A stretch of DNA of 51,224 nucleotides, filler included, from Bipalium vagum (taxonomy: Eukaryota), in assembly GCA_037834085.1 (NCBI GenBank). It is 3 parts of 3 records of this genome, joined end to end, with 100 filler letters (N's around TTAATTAATTAA, not from the genome) between each part and the next. Parts side by side here need not be neighbours in the genome. Positions count along the whole stretch, not along the records: positions 35,544 to 51,224 come from JBBMKC010152240.1; 2 more parts are not named here. The stretch is one strand, 5' to 3'. This document shows, one piece after another, positions 36,507 through 49,189 of this stretch; the first letter of the stretch is position 1, and each line of letters opens with the position of its first letter. Made by a program: the position numbers and the translations under genes. The notes under the pieces are model-generated. The model was given only the letters and a program-made list of their open reading frames with translations, did no database searches and had not been told where the DNA came from.

Positions 36507-39500
36507 ATGAATATGCAAAATATTGAAATTTTTGATATATCAAAATCTAATTTGATCAATTCTAAATTGAATATTGATGTCTTTAAATTATTTAATAAAA
36601 TTAAAAAGCAATGTAGTCAGTCTAATCCTCTAACAGCAGAAGGAATTATGTCTCATTTATTCAACTGTGTCAAATTATTTAATACTTATAAGATTGATTC
36701 TATGCAGCTGGCAAATAGTATTAAGTCTCTTTTTGGCCAAAATTTTCCTTATCTATATCACGAGTTCTTAAATACTATGCAAAGGGTATTAATTTTCATT
36801 AATAAGTATTAATTAACGTTTCAGATTCAAAAAGAGACAAACAATTCTGAGAATAAATCTAAACTTATTAAAACCTTGAATTCCCATCTTACTCCACATG
36901 GATTAAGGAAGGATTTAATATTTTCGAGTTTAAACGATTGTGGTCCAAGCTATAGATTACTACCTTCTGATTACAAGCATAAATTGTGCAGTGGTAGATT
37001 AAACAATAAAATTTGTAGTGAATGTTTAAATGACAATTACATTTGTTTTCCTTCAATGACTTCTGAAGATACTTCTGCAGTTTCATCGAAAAAGAATCCA
37101 CACGAGGAACATTTACATAGATTGGAGGACGAACGTTACGAAGTAGATATGTTTCAAGAAATCAATAAATATGCCTTGAAGCATTTATCTGATATAAATA
37201 AAAAAATGGATTCTATGACGAAAGAAGAAAAATTAAAGTTTCAGTTAGACGAAAATATTGGAGGATCATCTGCAATTTTAATGCGAAAAGCAATTTACAG
37301 GTTCACTTTGTTTTGCAATCGTTTCTAAATCGTTGCACAAATTGTTGAGTATCAAATTCTTTAATTTACTTACTCAGGATATACGGAGACGCAACGGATA
37401 ACATGATCGAAGGATTGAAAGTTCGTCCCAAAATGGCGATTCCTCTCGTTATAAGTCGAATGCAGGAAAAGGCCAAGGAGTGGAATCAGATCCATTCTAA
37501 GTTCAAGATGGTATGGGAAGACCGTGCTAACAAGCACTACTGGCAGTCTTTGGATTACCAAGGAGACTGGATTAAGAGGGACGCTATTTTTCTGAAAAGA
37601 TCCACTTTCTTCTCTCAAATTGAGAGTTTGTCAAAAGTGAGTTACAGTGTTTCTTCGTCAATATTAAATATCAATCTTGTTCTAGGGATTTCTTCCATTT
37701 CAAGAAGATTTTTTGATGAACCACGATTTCTTATATGAAATGTCCTCTACAAAATCAGGTTCCTGTTACGATTACAATATTCATATGCAAAATTCCCACA
37801 AAGGTATTTATGGGAATTTGTTCGAAATCTGCGGAAACCATAATGCACACATTGGGCCTCATATGACTCTCTTATTTCCGGCGGATTCAGACCTGTTCTT
37901 TAATTGCACCGGTGTTTGTATTCGGGATATAATTGATAATGCAAACAGTCTCATTACCAACCAGATTCATCTTCAATACAATTTGTCCAAGGAAGACAAA
38001 TCACTCCTAATCGAATACGTACCTCAATTGATTTTGATACTGGCTGTATTTGATGTGATTTAGATTTTTCAAATAATCGGATATTTCTTCGACAATCCCG
38101 GATCACAAGTTCCTCAAATGATCATCGGTTCGATAAGAGAGCAAAAGGATCGAAAATCTGAGCGTTATATTACGTCTCCAGTGGATCGAAGATTGAAGAA
38201 CAAGCGCCCCAACAATGATGACATCGATGAGCAAGTGATTGATTATTATTTGGTTACTTTCTTATAATTGATCATTATTATGTTTATTTAGGTACAGAGT
38301 TCAGCAAAAAAACCAAATCACAATGATGTTGAAGATACGATAGGATCGAAACCGTTGAAATACAATATGATGGTTGGCAATTCCTACATGTTAGTGCTTT
38401 TGACTTTCATTAAATGTGGCGGCCGAAATTAACAAAACCAGTTTTTTTCAGATATACTTTTATCCGGCTTTATCACGTTTTGATCGACAGACTGACAGTT
38501 CTCAAGATTCACGCTTTGAGAATAACACATGACGATAATGATTCGGATGATTTGAGTGGAAATGGTATTAATTTTCTTTTTCCATTAAAAAATCGATTTA
38601 CAATAAAATTTTTTCATAATTGCAGATGATATTTGTCATGATGAAAGTGACAAGTACACCAAAGTGTTCAAACTTCTTCTCGATTCCAGTGACTCGAATT
38701 CAGAAAGCACGACAAATATCGACAGTAAAATTCGCGAATTGTCCTCAACTAAAGCATTTTTGTGGTTCACAATTCCCCGGATTGTTCAACAAATTGTCAA
38801 AACATCGCAACAACTCATGTGTGCCGGCTTGGAATCGAGTAAAGATTTATTAGATCTTTATTGTCTGCATTCCACAATGTGGCCCAAGTACTGACTTTAA
38901 TGTGTGATTTTTTGTTCAATATGATTTTAGTGGTGGCAGTGGAACTGGTGGTTTTATGACAAATCGTGAATTTCATGTTCCGAAAGAAAGAAAATATGTA
39001 AATGACGCCATTGAATTTTGCACTAATCAAGGACTATTATGTTTCTTGATAATATATATCCGACAACAAGGGCGATTACTGATAGAATTGATTGATACTG
39101 ATAATATAAAAGTGCTTAATGGAACCTCAAGTAGTTTACCTCCCCATTGTTTTTTTGTCATATAATATTTAGATGCTTTTTCTGAATTAGGTTCAACTCC
39201 CGTCAGTCCAGATCATCAACTGAAACAGACATTAGACCAAGAAGAAATTGATAATAGTCATTTGACTTCTTATGAAAGATATCGTAATCATTCTCTTTCT
39301 TCTTTTAAATTGCAAAATTGTAAAAATCAAAAAGTCTATCCTCTTTTTCTGATGAAAAATGTAAAAAAAGGTATTCGTGCATTAACAAACCGTTCATTGG
39401 AAATATCAAAACACGAATCTCTGAGACGAAGCTTTCCATCTATGGAAGAGGTGGGGTACCATTGCATTTTTTAAAATTTTAATTTGTAAAACTTTGTAGG

Positions 39501-39882
39501 TTGCTTTTATGAAGTTAATTCAGTCTCGATCACAATTCGACAAAAAAGATTCTTCAATTGTCCTTGATCACTTACATCCTTCGCTTTCAGAAGTGATATT
39601 TATTGTTCCTCTTAGTAACGTTAATGAACTAATAATTAGATATATAGATGTGCTCTTATTGGAGATGGAGAAATTTATAATTTCTTATTTGAACGAAGCA
39701 AAGGAATAAGCACCCGAAATGGTTTTTTATATAAAAAACAGATGTTTCGTAAAAATGTAATTAGTATTTTAATTTTAAATGAAACCTTTATCAAATTTCA
39801 GGATAAAGCAAAAAAATTTAGGAAAATATCAGTTGACGAAATTATGTTAAAACATTTAAAAAATGAATCTCATGTTAATTGA
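36507..39882 (+). CDS. SIN3: Sin3 transcriptional co-repressor (PAH3-like, HDAC-interaction domain, Sin3a_C), 13 exons
   Basis: Exons 36507-36785, 36825-37300, 37378-37636, 37686-38018, 38064-38234, 38292-38389, 38452-38564, 38626-38887, 38931-39130, 39173-39450, 39500-39592, 39640-39756 and 39802-39882 splice in phase with GT-AG introns. Diagnostic motifs are CGPSYRLLP...CSGR...CLNDNYICFPSMTSED...KKNPHEEHLHRLEDERYEVD, RKAIYRIYGD, HYWQSLDYQG, YTFIRLYHVLIDRL, KAFLWFTI and IELIDT. AATAAA follows at about 39925. Confidence 0.93.
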
Positions 39883-40292
39883 CATTTAGCTTATTTTAAT
39901 CAAATTGTCTTGTTGTAATTGTAATAATAAATATAATGCTTTTCACCATGAATTTTTTATTTTAGAACTTATAACATGTTGCAAAATGGGTTTACATAAA
40001 TTGTTTCGATGGTATTATTAAATTTGAAAATAATATATAAGTATAATTCCTATTATACTTCATGAATTTTTTTTAGTTTTCATGACAAACCGATAAATTT
40101 TTAAAATAAAAATTGCATTTTCTTAACTTTACAAATTTGATTAAATCAATTTTGTTTGTTTAATAAATTATTTAAATTTCGAATTTTAGCATTCTTATGA
40201 TTCTTATTATCGTGGATATTAAATTTTGAGATAAAGTCATCTCGTTTATTTTTCATGTTTTATTGGAAATTAATGATGGATTAATTCTTATC

Positions 40293-43200
40293 ATGACAGC
40301 ACGAAATCATAACAATTACTCAAGATTACGTCATTTGTTCCGAACAAAAAAGCACAATACATGGAATAATTATTCTGATCCTAATGAAAAAAGCTTGAGT
40401 AAATTGATAATAACTGATTCTGTATTTGTATAATTAAAAATAGATAGTTTATCCAGTTCATCTACTACTTCATCTGATTCTGACCTATTAACTACTACTA
40501 GTAGTAGTAGCAGCAGCAGCACTGATTCATCTACGACCTCAACTAATTCAGATCGATCATCAGAGTTTAATGAAATTGAAAAGATCTTAGAAGTATTTCT
40601 TTTATTTTAGGCATTTTAATATTATAATGTAGGAATATTTTATAAAGAAATTAAAAAAATCATTTACAGTTCCATCTGAAAGTATTGATATGAAATTGAC
40701 AAATGACGAATTAATTGAAGATAATAGTATAAGTAAAATAATATATGAAAATGTTTTATCAAAACCTACAAGTGATCAGGGAATACAGGTTTCGTTTTGT
40801 GATTTTTACAAAAGGAATATTTTCCAATCCAGTTTTGTTTTAAAGTCTCCATCATGCAACTCTTTATTTATGCCAGGTATAACATACGTTTTATTTTGAG
40901 TCCTCTTAAATGTCAGATTTAAAGACTAAAATTTTTCATATATCAATTAAAAAAATTAATTCTGTAATTATATATATTTCCTTAAGTAAATCATTTATAG
41001 ATTGAAAGCGATTTAAAAATTATAATAGGGTAGTTGTAAATTTTTTAGTCTGATAAAGAAAAAAAAACTCACATTGCAAGAATTTTGTTATCCAGTATAT
41101 CATCCCTTAAGACGAATACATTTGTTCCAATGATTATCATGTTTGTGGATTACTTTAACAAATACGCCCTTTTACATTTATACTCCAAATTTTACAAATG
41201 TGCCAAATAGTTACAATGATTATATTACAAGACACCAGGAAAACATTTTTTTAGCTTTCATTCTTTCATAAGAATACATAGGTTGAAAATCATTATTACT
41301 TTTAGGTTGTAACATAATTTTTCGTGATTTTTTACAATACATAAAATGAAGTAATTAAAAAAAGTTTATTTACGAAAAATAATGAAATCATTCGATAGCA
41401 TAATTTCCACCCTTCTGCCATCTTTCCACCAATATATCGAAATTTTTATTACAGAAATTGTTAGATTTTCTCTGAAAGAAATTTGTGATCCATATTTTAA
41501 GATCATCCTCGTTCTAAAAAGCAATACCTTTCATTTGGCTTGACAGCTAGCGAAAAAAGATAAAAAACAGTTGGTGCAAGAACCAAAGAATACGCAGGTT
41601 ATGAAAGAACTTCTCAATCGAGCTCTTGGAGGGTGGTTTTGATAATATTTGCTGTTTGCGGTTTGTCTTTATCATGGAGAAAAATCACTGGTACTTTATA
41701 CTGATATTTCACTTTGATAATCTCGTTTACTCGACGCATTTTGTTTATGTATAGGAGCTGATCGACTATCTTGCCTTTTGGGACCATTTCCAAGTGTAAC
41801 AGACCATCCCAATTATACCAAACACATCATAATTTTTTGGACGTAATTCTGGTTTTATTCTTATCGTACCTGTGCAACCAGGAGCCACCAACTTCTTCCT
41901 ATACTTTAAGTTTTTACACAAATTTTCATCCCTATTATGATTCGATGAAGAAAAATTCTCTTTGTGATCGCTTGTTGTTCGATGTCTGGTAGATATTCAC
42001 TTTCTCTGATTTTTTCATTGAGACAATTTGACCATAACCATTTGATTTTATGTGGCGGCAGACTGTCATTGGATTGGTGTTCATCTTTTGTAACAATTCC
42101 CTGCATGTTTGATGACCGTTCACTTCCACTTTTTGATCAATTGATTATGGAAGATCAATTGGATGGAAGATCGGTATGTGGAGTGTATTGAAGGTCAAAT
42201 CTCCCATTTTCAAATTTATTATACCAATATTTTGCAGTTGTCCAGGCCAAATCATATTTTCCGTACACGCTGCAAATTTCTTTGATAACCTCTGCTACCT
42301 GGTTACACGATTAAAATAAAATAATATTTGTCGAGAATGGTGCTTTTGATCAATTTGGCATTTCATTTCAAGCCTGGGGATTTTTAAAAAATTAAATGAT
42401 ATATCAAAATACTATAATTTTAATATAAAAAAATAATTAAAAAAATATAATAAAAAAAATTATGTTACAAATTAATATATTCTTTAATAATTTGAAAATC
42501 ACTAAATTAAAATTGTTTGAATCTATATATATATATATATATATATGTATTTATTCTTTATTTCAAAGCCTATAGGGTTAATACATAAACTAGGTGCCTG
42601 ATTTTTTAAGGGTCACCTTTTAATTATATACATTAATTTTTTAAAGTGAATTTTGCAAATTTTAATATAATTAGGAAAATTAATTTTTTTAAGATTTAGA
42701 GAACGAAATAAGGTTCTCTTTAGGGCCTAAAATCATGATTGTTTATAAATAAAATGCTTTTTTTTTAAAAATCAGTTTTATCAAATTGAATCCCGTGTTG
42801 CCCATTGATTCCGTTCTGCGAGGATCTTCGATTCATGGTTTTTGTGGAATCAATAATTCTAAAAGTGAAGCAGGAACGGAAATTGTGCACAGCCTTGTAG
42901 AAAACCATGTCTATGAGCAGTTTACTTTGGTCTTACTATCATTTAAAATTTTGTTTGTTAAGGAAAAGTCTTGAAATGCTAAATGAACTTTTCTATCTTC
43001 ATTCAATTGTGATCTTTTTGAATGATCAAAGTCTTCTGGAGATAGATTTCAAAATTACCCTAGTTACACGTAGACATAAAAATGGTGGAAAGCGAACCGG
43101 ATAGGCTGAATAACAGATATCTGTACTTGCACTGCAACTGGTTTGTACTGTAATTGAGGTCGTAGAGGTTTTTTGAAAGCCAAAGGTATGTCATCATCAA

Positions 43201-46200
43201 CATTTTTGAACCCTTAGTTCTGTTATCTGCGAAAATTGAGTACTTCCTAGTTGATATAAATGCCTTAAAGCAATTTTAATTTGTACATCTTCAAAAACCA
43301 TTTTATCATTTTCAGTTTTAAAGATTTGGCACAAAATTGATATATTAAAAAATATTTCGATCCCACAAAAACGTGATACATTGATTTTCATCGGAAAAAA
43401 GGTCTTCAATTCATATATAGATAGAAATATCAAAATTGTATAACTTTAACATTCTATTTCATATAATAAATATCCAAATTACCATATAATTCATGTATTT
43501 TAAAATTAAATTTAAAATTTTTAAATTTTAAAAATGTTAGTTAATTGATTTAAATAGTTATTTAAAACAAAACTTTTTCAGGCACCTCAACTATAATAAA
43601 TCTGTCTATAGTTTTAATTATTACTCAGAATTCATTTGACACTAATTAAAATCTATTTTAATCTTCTAGAACTGTCTTTATTAACAATAATAAATCTTAC
43701 CATTTTAATTTAGATATTTGGACGAGGCATGATAATTTCAAATGTTATTTGAAAGAAACAGGTAAATAAGTTTTTCTAAAAATAGAGGAATATATTAATT
43801 TCCGTGAAGTAAACATAATACAAAATTTCATTTTAAAAATAAATAAATAATAAGTATTGGTTTACTTTATATTTAGTTCCAAAATATTAAAATAAAAATT
43901 TAATAATATAAGTTGATAATTCGAAAACCGTAAAGTTTAAGTAATTTTTATTATTTACAACAAAAATGTACCAAATTCATATACCATGTTTAAAATTGAT
44001 TCCTTGCACTGCTTCATATTTTTTTAACATTGAAATTCAAGTTTCTGTTGCATTTCAAAGCATGGATGGTGTAATATGTTTCCAGGCATCTAGAATGATG
44101 AATTTCAGATCTTCAAGTATATTTATATCAGGATGACTTTTCTATGTCTCTGTCTCCATCACACTCAGATCTTGAGTTTTTGATGGCATCTAGAGTTGCA
44201 CTTTTGATTTATAGTTTTCCTTTTTCTTCTGAACCGAGAGAGATGCTTTAGGTCTGAAGCAAAGCCTATAATAATATAATTCTATGTTCTGTTTTCCTTC
44301 TCATAAAAGCAAACTGCGCCATAACAAAATAGAGAGGGTTGAACAGTGCCATAATTGTTATAAACTAGTTACAAATGTTTAAGAAGTTGCAATCTTTCTC
44401 CATACTATTGATCTGTGTTAACCAGGAAAGTTCATATAATAATTTTATTAAAAATAAAAATTGAATCACAAAAGGTAAAATGTTCAAAAATACAAAACCC
44501 CTTTTTCTGATCAACTGGCTCACAATCATTTTATAACTTTCGACCAATGTCAAACCATTATTTTAGTAGATATTTTCTTTTTCGTTGTAATTCTAAACGT
44601 TTTGTATATTTTTTTCAATAATAAAAGGTTTTTTCTCACAACTCGACCATTATTTCTAAATTTTTCTAAAGTTTTTTAAACTTCATTTTAAAGGACGATA
44701 GCATTTGCTATACTTTGCACTCTTGAATGGATATTTTTTAACTTTTCGCCATTTTTGAGGTTCGTTTTTTTATTTAAAATCTTTGGACTTCTATTTTCTG
44801 TCTTTAATGATAATGCCTTTTTTCCACTTTTGAATGACATATTGGTTGTAGATTTTCAATGTCAGTAATTTTTGTTTGTACAATGCAATTCAATAATTTG
44901 AGTTCTTTCCTAATTTTAAAGTCTGATTTTTTAATTTTTTATTCATTGAGATAGAGCATCTACATTTGAAATATATAATAATACATTTGTAACACTGAAA
45001 TTTAAGTCAATAAAAATTATTTTTTTTAAATCGTTATGATATAACGATGATGTTTACACTATGGGGTTATTACTTGTTATTCTTATTATTAGCAGTAAAG
45101 TAATGAAAATATTTGAAATATAATTTGCTATTAGTAGTTTATAAATTGTTAATAAAAACATGGATATTCTAAATTTTATAAATTTCTTAATAAATTGTTT
45201 TTTTCACTGCAGTATAAGTTCTCTATGGAGCAACTGGAAATAAGAATACAAATAATTTTTATTAAATTTTTTGATGAAATTTTGCATGTATATTTTATTT
45301 TTATTGATATAGAAATATTTTAAGGAATTTATAATTATTTGAAAATTTATAATTGATAATATTGGTAACTGGTATACATTTTTTTTCCATTAATTAAATT
45401 AAATTATGTATTACTAGTTTTTTTATTTCTCTATGATACTTTAATTGAAGTTTTATTATAATTTTCTCTGTTTTGTTTCAAAAAATAACTAATTTTATTT
45501 ATTAAAATTTTTTATCAACTTTCAGGAATATAAAAAAATTCTAAATTGATAGAAAAATTTAATTTTGAAAAAAATAATTTGATTGTTTTTTTCAATCTTT
45601 CCTTATGTTATTTTAATTATGTATGTTTTTTAGAGGCAAATGATTATGAATTAAATTTCATATTTGAAAAATCTTTACTCTTGATTCCAAAATTAGAAAA
45701 AAGGAGATTTTCTGACAATAGTCAAAATATTTCGTATCATTACTTTTTAAGAAAATTCATTGACGTTATTTCTGGTAAAAAATTTCCCAATTTATCAATT
45801 AATGTCGATCAAATCAGTCCTCTAAAGGCTATTTTTTTGGTAAATAAGATGACATCAAAAGTAAACATATCAATAATTTTCAATTATAATTATTGTTGAA
45901 TTTTGTATTATGATTCAGTCTAATTAAAATTATTATTTAAATGATTATTGATCTAATGATTTAGAACATAAAATAAACTAAAATCTATCACAATTCAATG
46001 TGTAGAGTTAAATCAATGTTCTAATAAACTGTAACCACGAAAAGCAGAACAACTCAATAATTTCTGTTATATTTTATATATATTTTTGTTTGTTATATTT
46101 GAGGACATAAAGTCCAATCGAGTCTTTAACATAAACAAAGATCCAGATATTATATATATATATATATATATAATATTAAAAGAGATTTAAATTTTCATTT

Positions 46201-48659
46201 AGGATTCTCTTCGCTACAATTGGTGTTAATGATTTTTTGATTCACTACGTTTGTTATTTTAGTAATAAAGTGTTGTTCGTAGTTGTTTGATTCATTCATT
46301 TGCATACACGTATTGATAAAAGTGAAGGGGCCTGTAAACATAGTAACGACAGTATTCATAGTAACACATGTAGCAAATTTGGAATAATTTCTTTTAGTAT
46401 TTTCCCAATTTAAATCGCATTAGGAGCTCCTTCTGAATTAAGTAAGCGCAAATACATAAAGATTTCAGTATTGCTATTAAATAAACTATTTATAAATGAA
46501 AATATTTCATGTGAAATATTGAAATCATTTTGTTCAATATTTCATATGTAATAAGAATACTTTTCTGTTTTATGAAGAGCAGACACCGATAAAAATATTT
46601 AGAATATATTTTCCTGAAACATCAGTTGTTTCATCAACCGTTAAAAATATATCTTTACCTTCAATTTCGTTTTTGATTTTACTTAAATGTTCGTACAGTT
46701 TGTCTACTTATATTTTACGATAATGGATTACACTTAATAAACGATGTCCAGTATATTTATTGATAAACCTCTTGATTTGATCTTCATCAATTCTATGTAG
46801 CGGAAAGTTCAATTTTTATCAATTTTAACAAATCCGTATGAAAACAATCATTTTCTTCGTCAGAACTAGAAACCATGAGTCTTGTGTGCATTTGATTCAG
46901 CTGATGCAATGTGACTTTGTGCATACAGATGACGTCGTAATGTTTTTAAACCTTTGCTTGGATATTATATCTTTTCAACATTACAGATATTGCAAAATAA
47001 TTTATTATTGCTATCTTGAAGTGTAGATTTAGCTTAACAAATGTAACTAATGCTTTGTAGTTGTGTAAAACTTTTTTCGTTAAATTCTACTTAAGTAATT
47101 ATATTTTTAAAAACAAGAATTATTAAAACAATAATATTTTATCAATAATAACGGTTAAATTGACGGGTATTAAAAAAACCAAGTTTGACGGTTTTTGGTC
47201 AAATATCCTAGCCATAGTTGTAATATATGACTAGGTTTTTATCTAATTAATTTCTGATATCATATCCAATTTCTTTGCTTACAACATTGTAAAAATAAGT
47301 TTTTGAAGACTGTTTTATAAAGCAACTTCATTACATCCAATTGACGATAATGATCCTTTAGAGCTCAAGCTTGTTACATTAGGCAGTAAAAATACAAGTT
47401 CAAACTAAAATTGTCAAAAACTAAAGCTATACTGAGATCTGTAGCTATTAGTTCTTTGTTACATCTTTTTAACCATTTTTTAAAAATAGTATGGGTCATC
47501 CAAGAATTTTTATTACTCTAAAATTCCAAAGATTAAGTTTGATTTCAACTGAAGTAACTAGGGTGAAGGACATATTTTACCTACCATACTAGCAAATTTC
47601 AATAATAGCAGAGATTAAAAAGAATTCTTTTATCAAAAGAGAGCATGTTATTTTGTATACTGAAATTTTTCAAGAATTGAAATTTATTTTATGTTTGTAA
47701 TTTAGATTTTGCTTATGAATGAAAAGGCTAAATGTTTATTTAAGTTTCCAAGTATGCAAGATCAGGTTGATTTTAATTCCATCTTAATATCTCAATCCAA
47801 GTATATATGTATTTGGGATTATTTTGTTAACGGTACTGGAGAAATTATGGGCCTACCTTCTAAAATGGTAGCTTATAATATATTATTAATAATAATTAAT
47901 TTGATTTAATTAATTTCAGGGTTTATGTAAAGATTTTAAAAACTGTTACATTTTAGTTTCAATACGAATACACAAAATAGATATAAATGATGAAAAAATA
48001 ATTGTCATTATGGAACCATTGGTAGTGAATACTGGTCAGTGTTTTATCAATAATAAAAAGATTTGTGGTTACAATGATATATTTTATAATATGTTTGAGC
48101 TATGGGAATACTTTACAGCTATTGATAATGTCATAAATGGCACATATGAGAAAGATATTGGTTTGAGATTTCTTTCTTCGAAGTTGATTATTAATAACCT
48201 TAATAACTCTCAAGTTAGTTAAACATTTTCATTTTTATATAATATAAGTATTGTTTTCGTTTTCTACTTCAATTGATCTGAAAAATTTATCTCTAGAATG
48301 TTTTTTACAACATTTTGAAAACAGGGAATCCGAATTTTCCATTATATTTCCTATCTCGAAAGCTGTCTCATATGGATACAGATGTGATTCGTTTGAAAAA
48401 GAACTCGATGAATATTGTAAAATTTGAAGATTACGTAAATGAAAGTATACCGATGGCATTTTTATTCAACTTTTATTTTTCTTAGAGTATTTCCAAACAT
48501 ATTTCACTTGGTTTTATTATAATATGACGGGAATCATTACAATATCTTCAGTTGGGGAAATCATAGATTGTGATCCATATTTTCCCCTCTATTTGGGTTA
48601 TTCTTACGCTAAATTGATTTACACACCCATCAAAAATATTTTGAAGTTTAATTCATTTG
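40293..48659 (+). CDS. PASK: PAS-domain serine/threonine kinase homologue, N-terminal part (kinase domain not in window)
   Basis: Exons are 40293-40398, 40444-40592, 40633-40876, 43714-43761, 45634-45860, 47706-47867, 47920-48213, 48297 to about 48444, and about 48487-48659; the last junction is uncertain. SPLKAIFLVNKMTSK|ILLMNEKAKCLF resembles PASK PAS-A (PNKAIFTVDAKTTEILVANDKAC). Also present are IVIMEPL, TGNPNFPL and MTGIITISSVGEIIDCDPYFPLYLGYS (resembling ISGLITLLPDGTI...LFGY). Linkage of the first four exons rests on phase compatibility only. Confidence 0.75.
41302..42475 (-). mobile_element. Full-length decayed mariner (mellifera-like) in a PASK intron
   Basis: TIRs are TTAGGTTGTAACATAATTTTT and AAAAATTATGTTACAAATTAA. 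The minus strand reads MKCQIDQKHHSRQILFYFN...FENGRFDL, VIFLHDKDKPQ, HNLRILWFLAPTVF and LVERWQKGGNYAIE. Confidence 0.88.
42591..43589 (-). mobile_element. Highly decayed mariner-like element with short TIRs
   Basis: AGGTGCCTGA at 42592 has an inverse, TCAGGCACCT, at about 43578. ORF 43197-43433 (VQIKIALRHLYQLG...) loosely resembles a mariner N-terminus. Confidence 0.35.
43980..44900 (-). mobile_element. Decayed DD37D/maT-like transposase remnant
   Basis: Minus-strand fragments SVMETET*KSHPDIK...LEDLKFIILDAWKHITPS near 44060-44165 resemble the maT/Tc1 C-terminus. Confidence 0.4.
46350..47216 (-). mobile_element. hAT-superfamily (CGGBP1/DUF659-like) transposase fragment with 5' terminus
   Basis: The minus strand reads KIKNEIEGKDIFLTVDETTDVSGKYILNIFIG, LLNSEGAP (resembling LLxTDAAPYM) and LKEIIPNLLHV (resembling YPNMIHVTC). 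A terminus-like TATGGCTAGGATATTTGAC is at 47216, with subterminal GACGG repeats. Confidence 0.75.
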
Positions 48660-49189
48660 GTAATAGATTTCTAATATTTATCACATTTGATAATATATTG
48701 TGTAAAGTGTTTTGTAGATAATTATATACTTCTAAATCTCTGTCTAAATTTCCTAGTATAATTTTTGAAAAAAATATAATTCAGAATAATTAAATAAATT
48801 AAAATTATAAATTTAAAGAAAATATTGGAATTTTTTAAAATTTCCTTATACACAAAACAAATTTAAACATTTATACAGGGTTTGCTGCTAAAGCACATTA
48901 AAATCCGAAATTATTTAAGTCGAGAATATAAGACAACTATGTATTATGTATGAGAATTAGTTTCCATCGTTTTGTTATAGATTTTATCGTGTATTTGTTA
49001 TTGAAAACAAAATTAAAAAGTAATAATATACAGGCATATGCAGAAATATATAGAAAAATAATTAAAAAAATATAATTCTATGCACACATATAATTCTATA
49101 TGTTTTGAATAATCTTCTACATAACCCTGTAATCTCTATAAGATATTAATAGTTAGTATTTGTTTTAACTGATTAAAAAGCTTATTGAT

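Noticed and set aside
45213-45287. Possible extra PASK exon after CTGCAG
   Set aside because: It is open only in phase 0, whereas the flanking exons join directly in phase 1.
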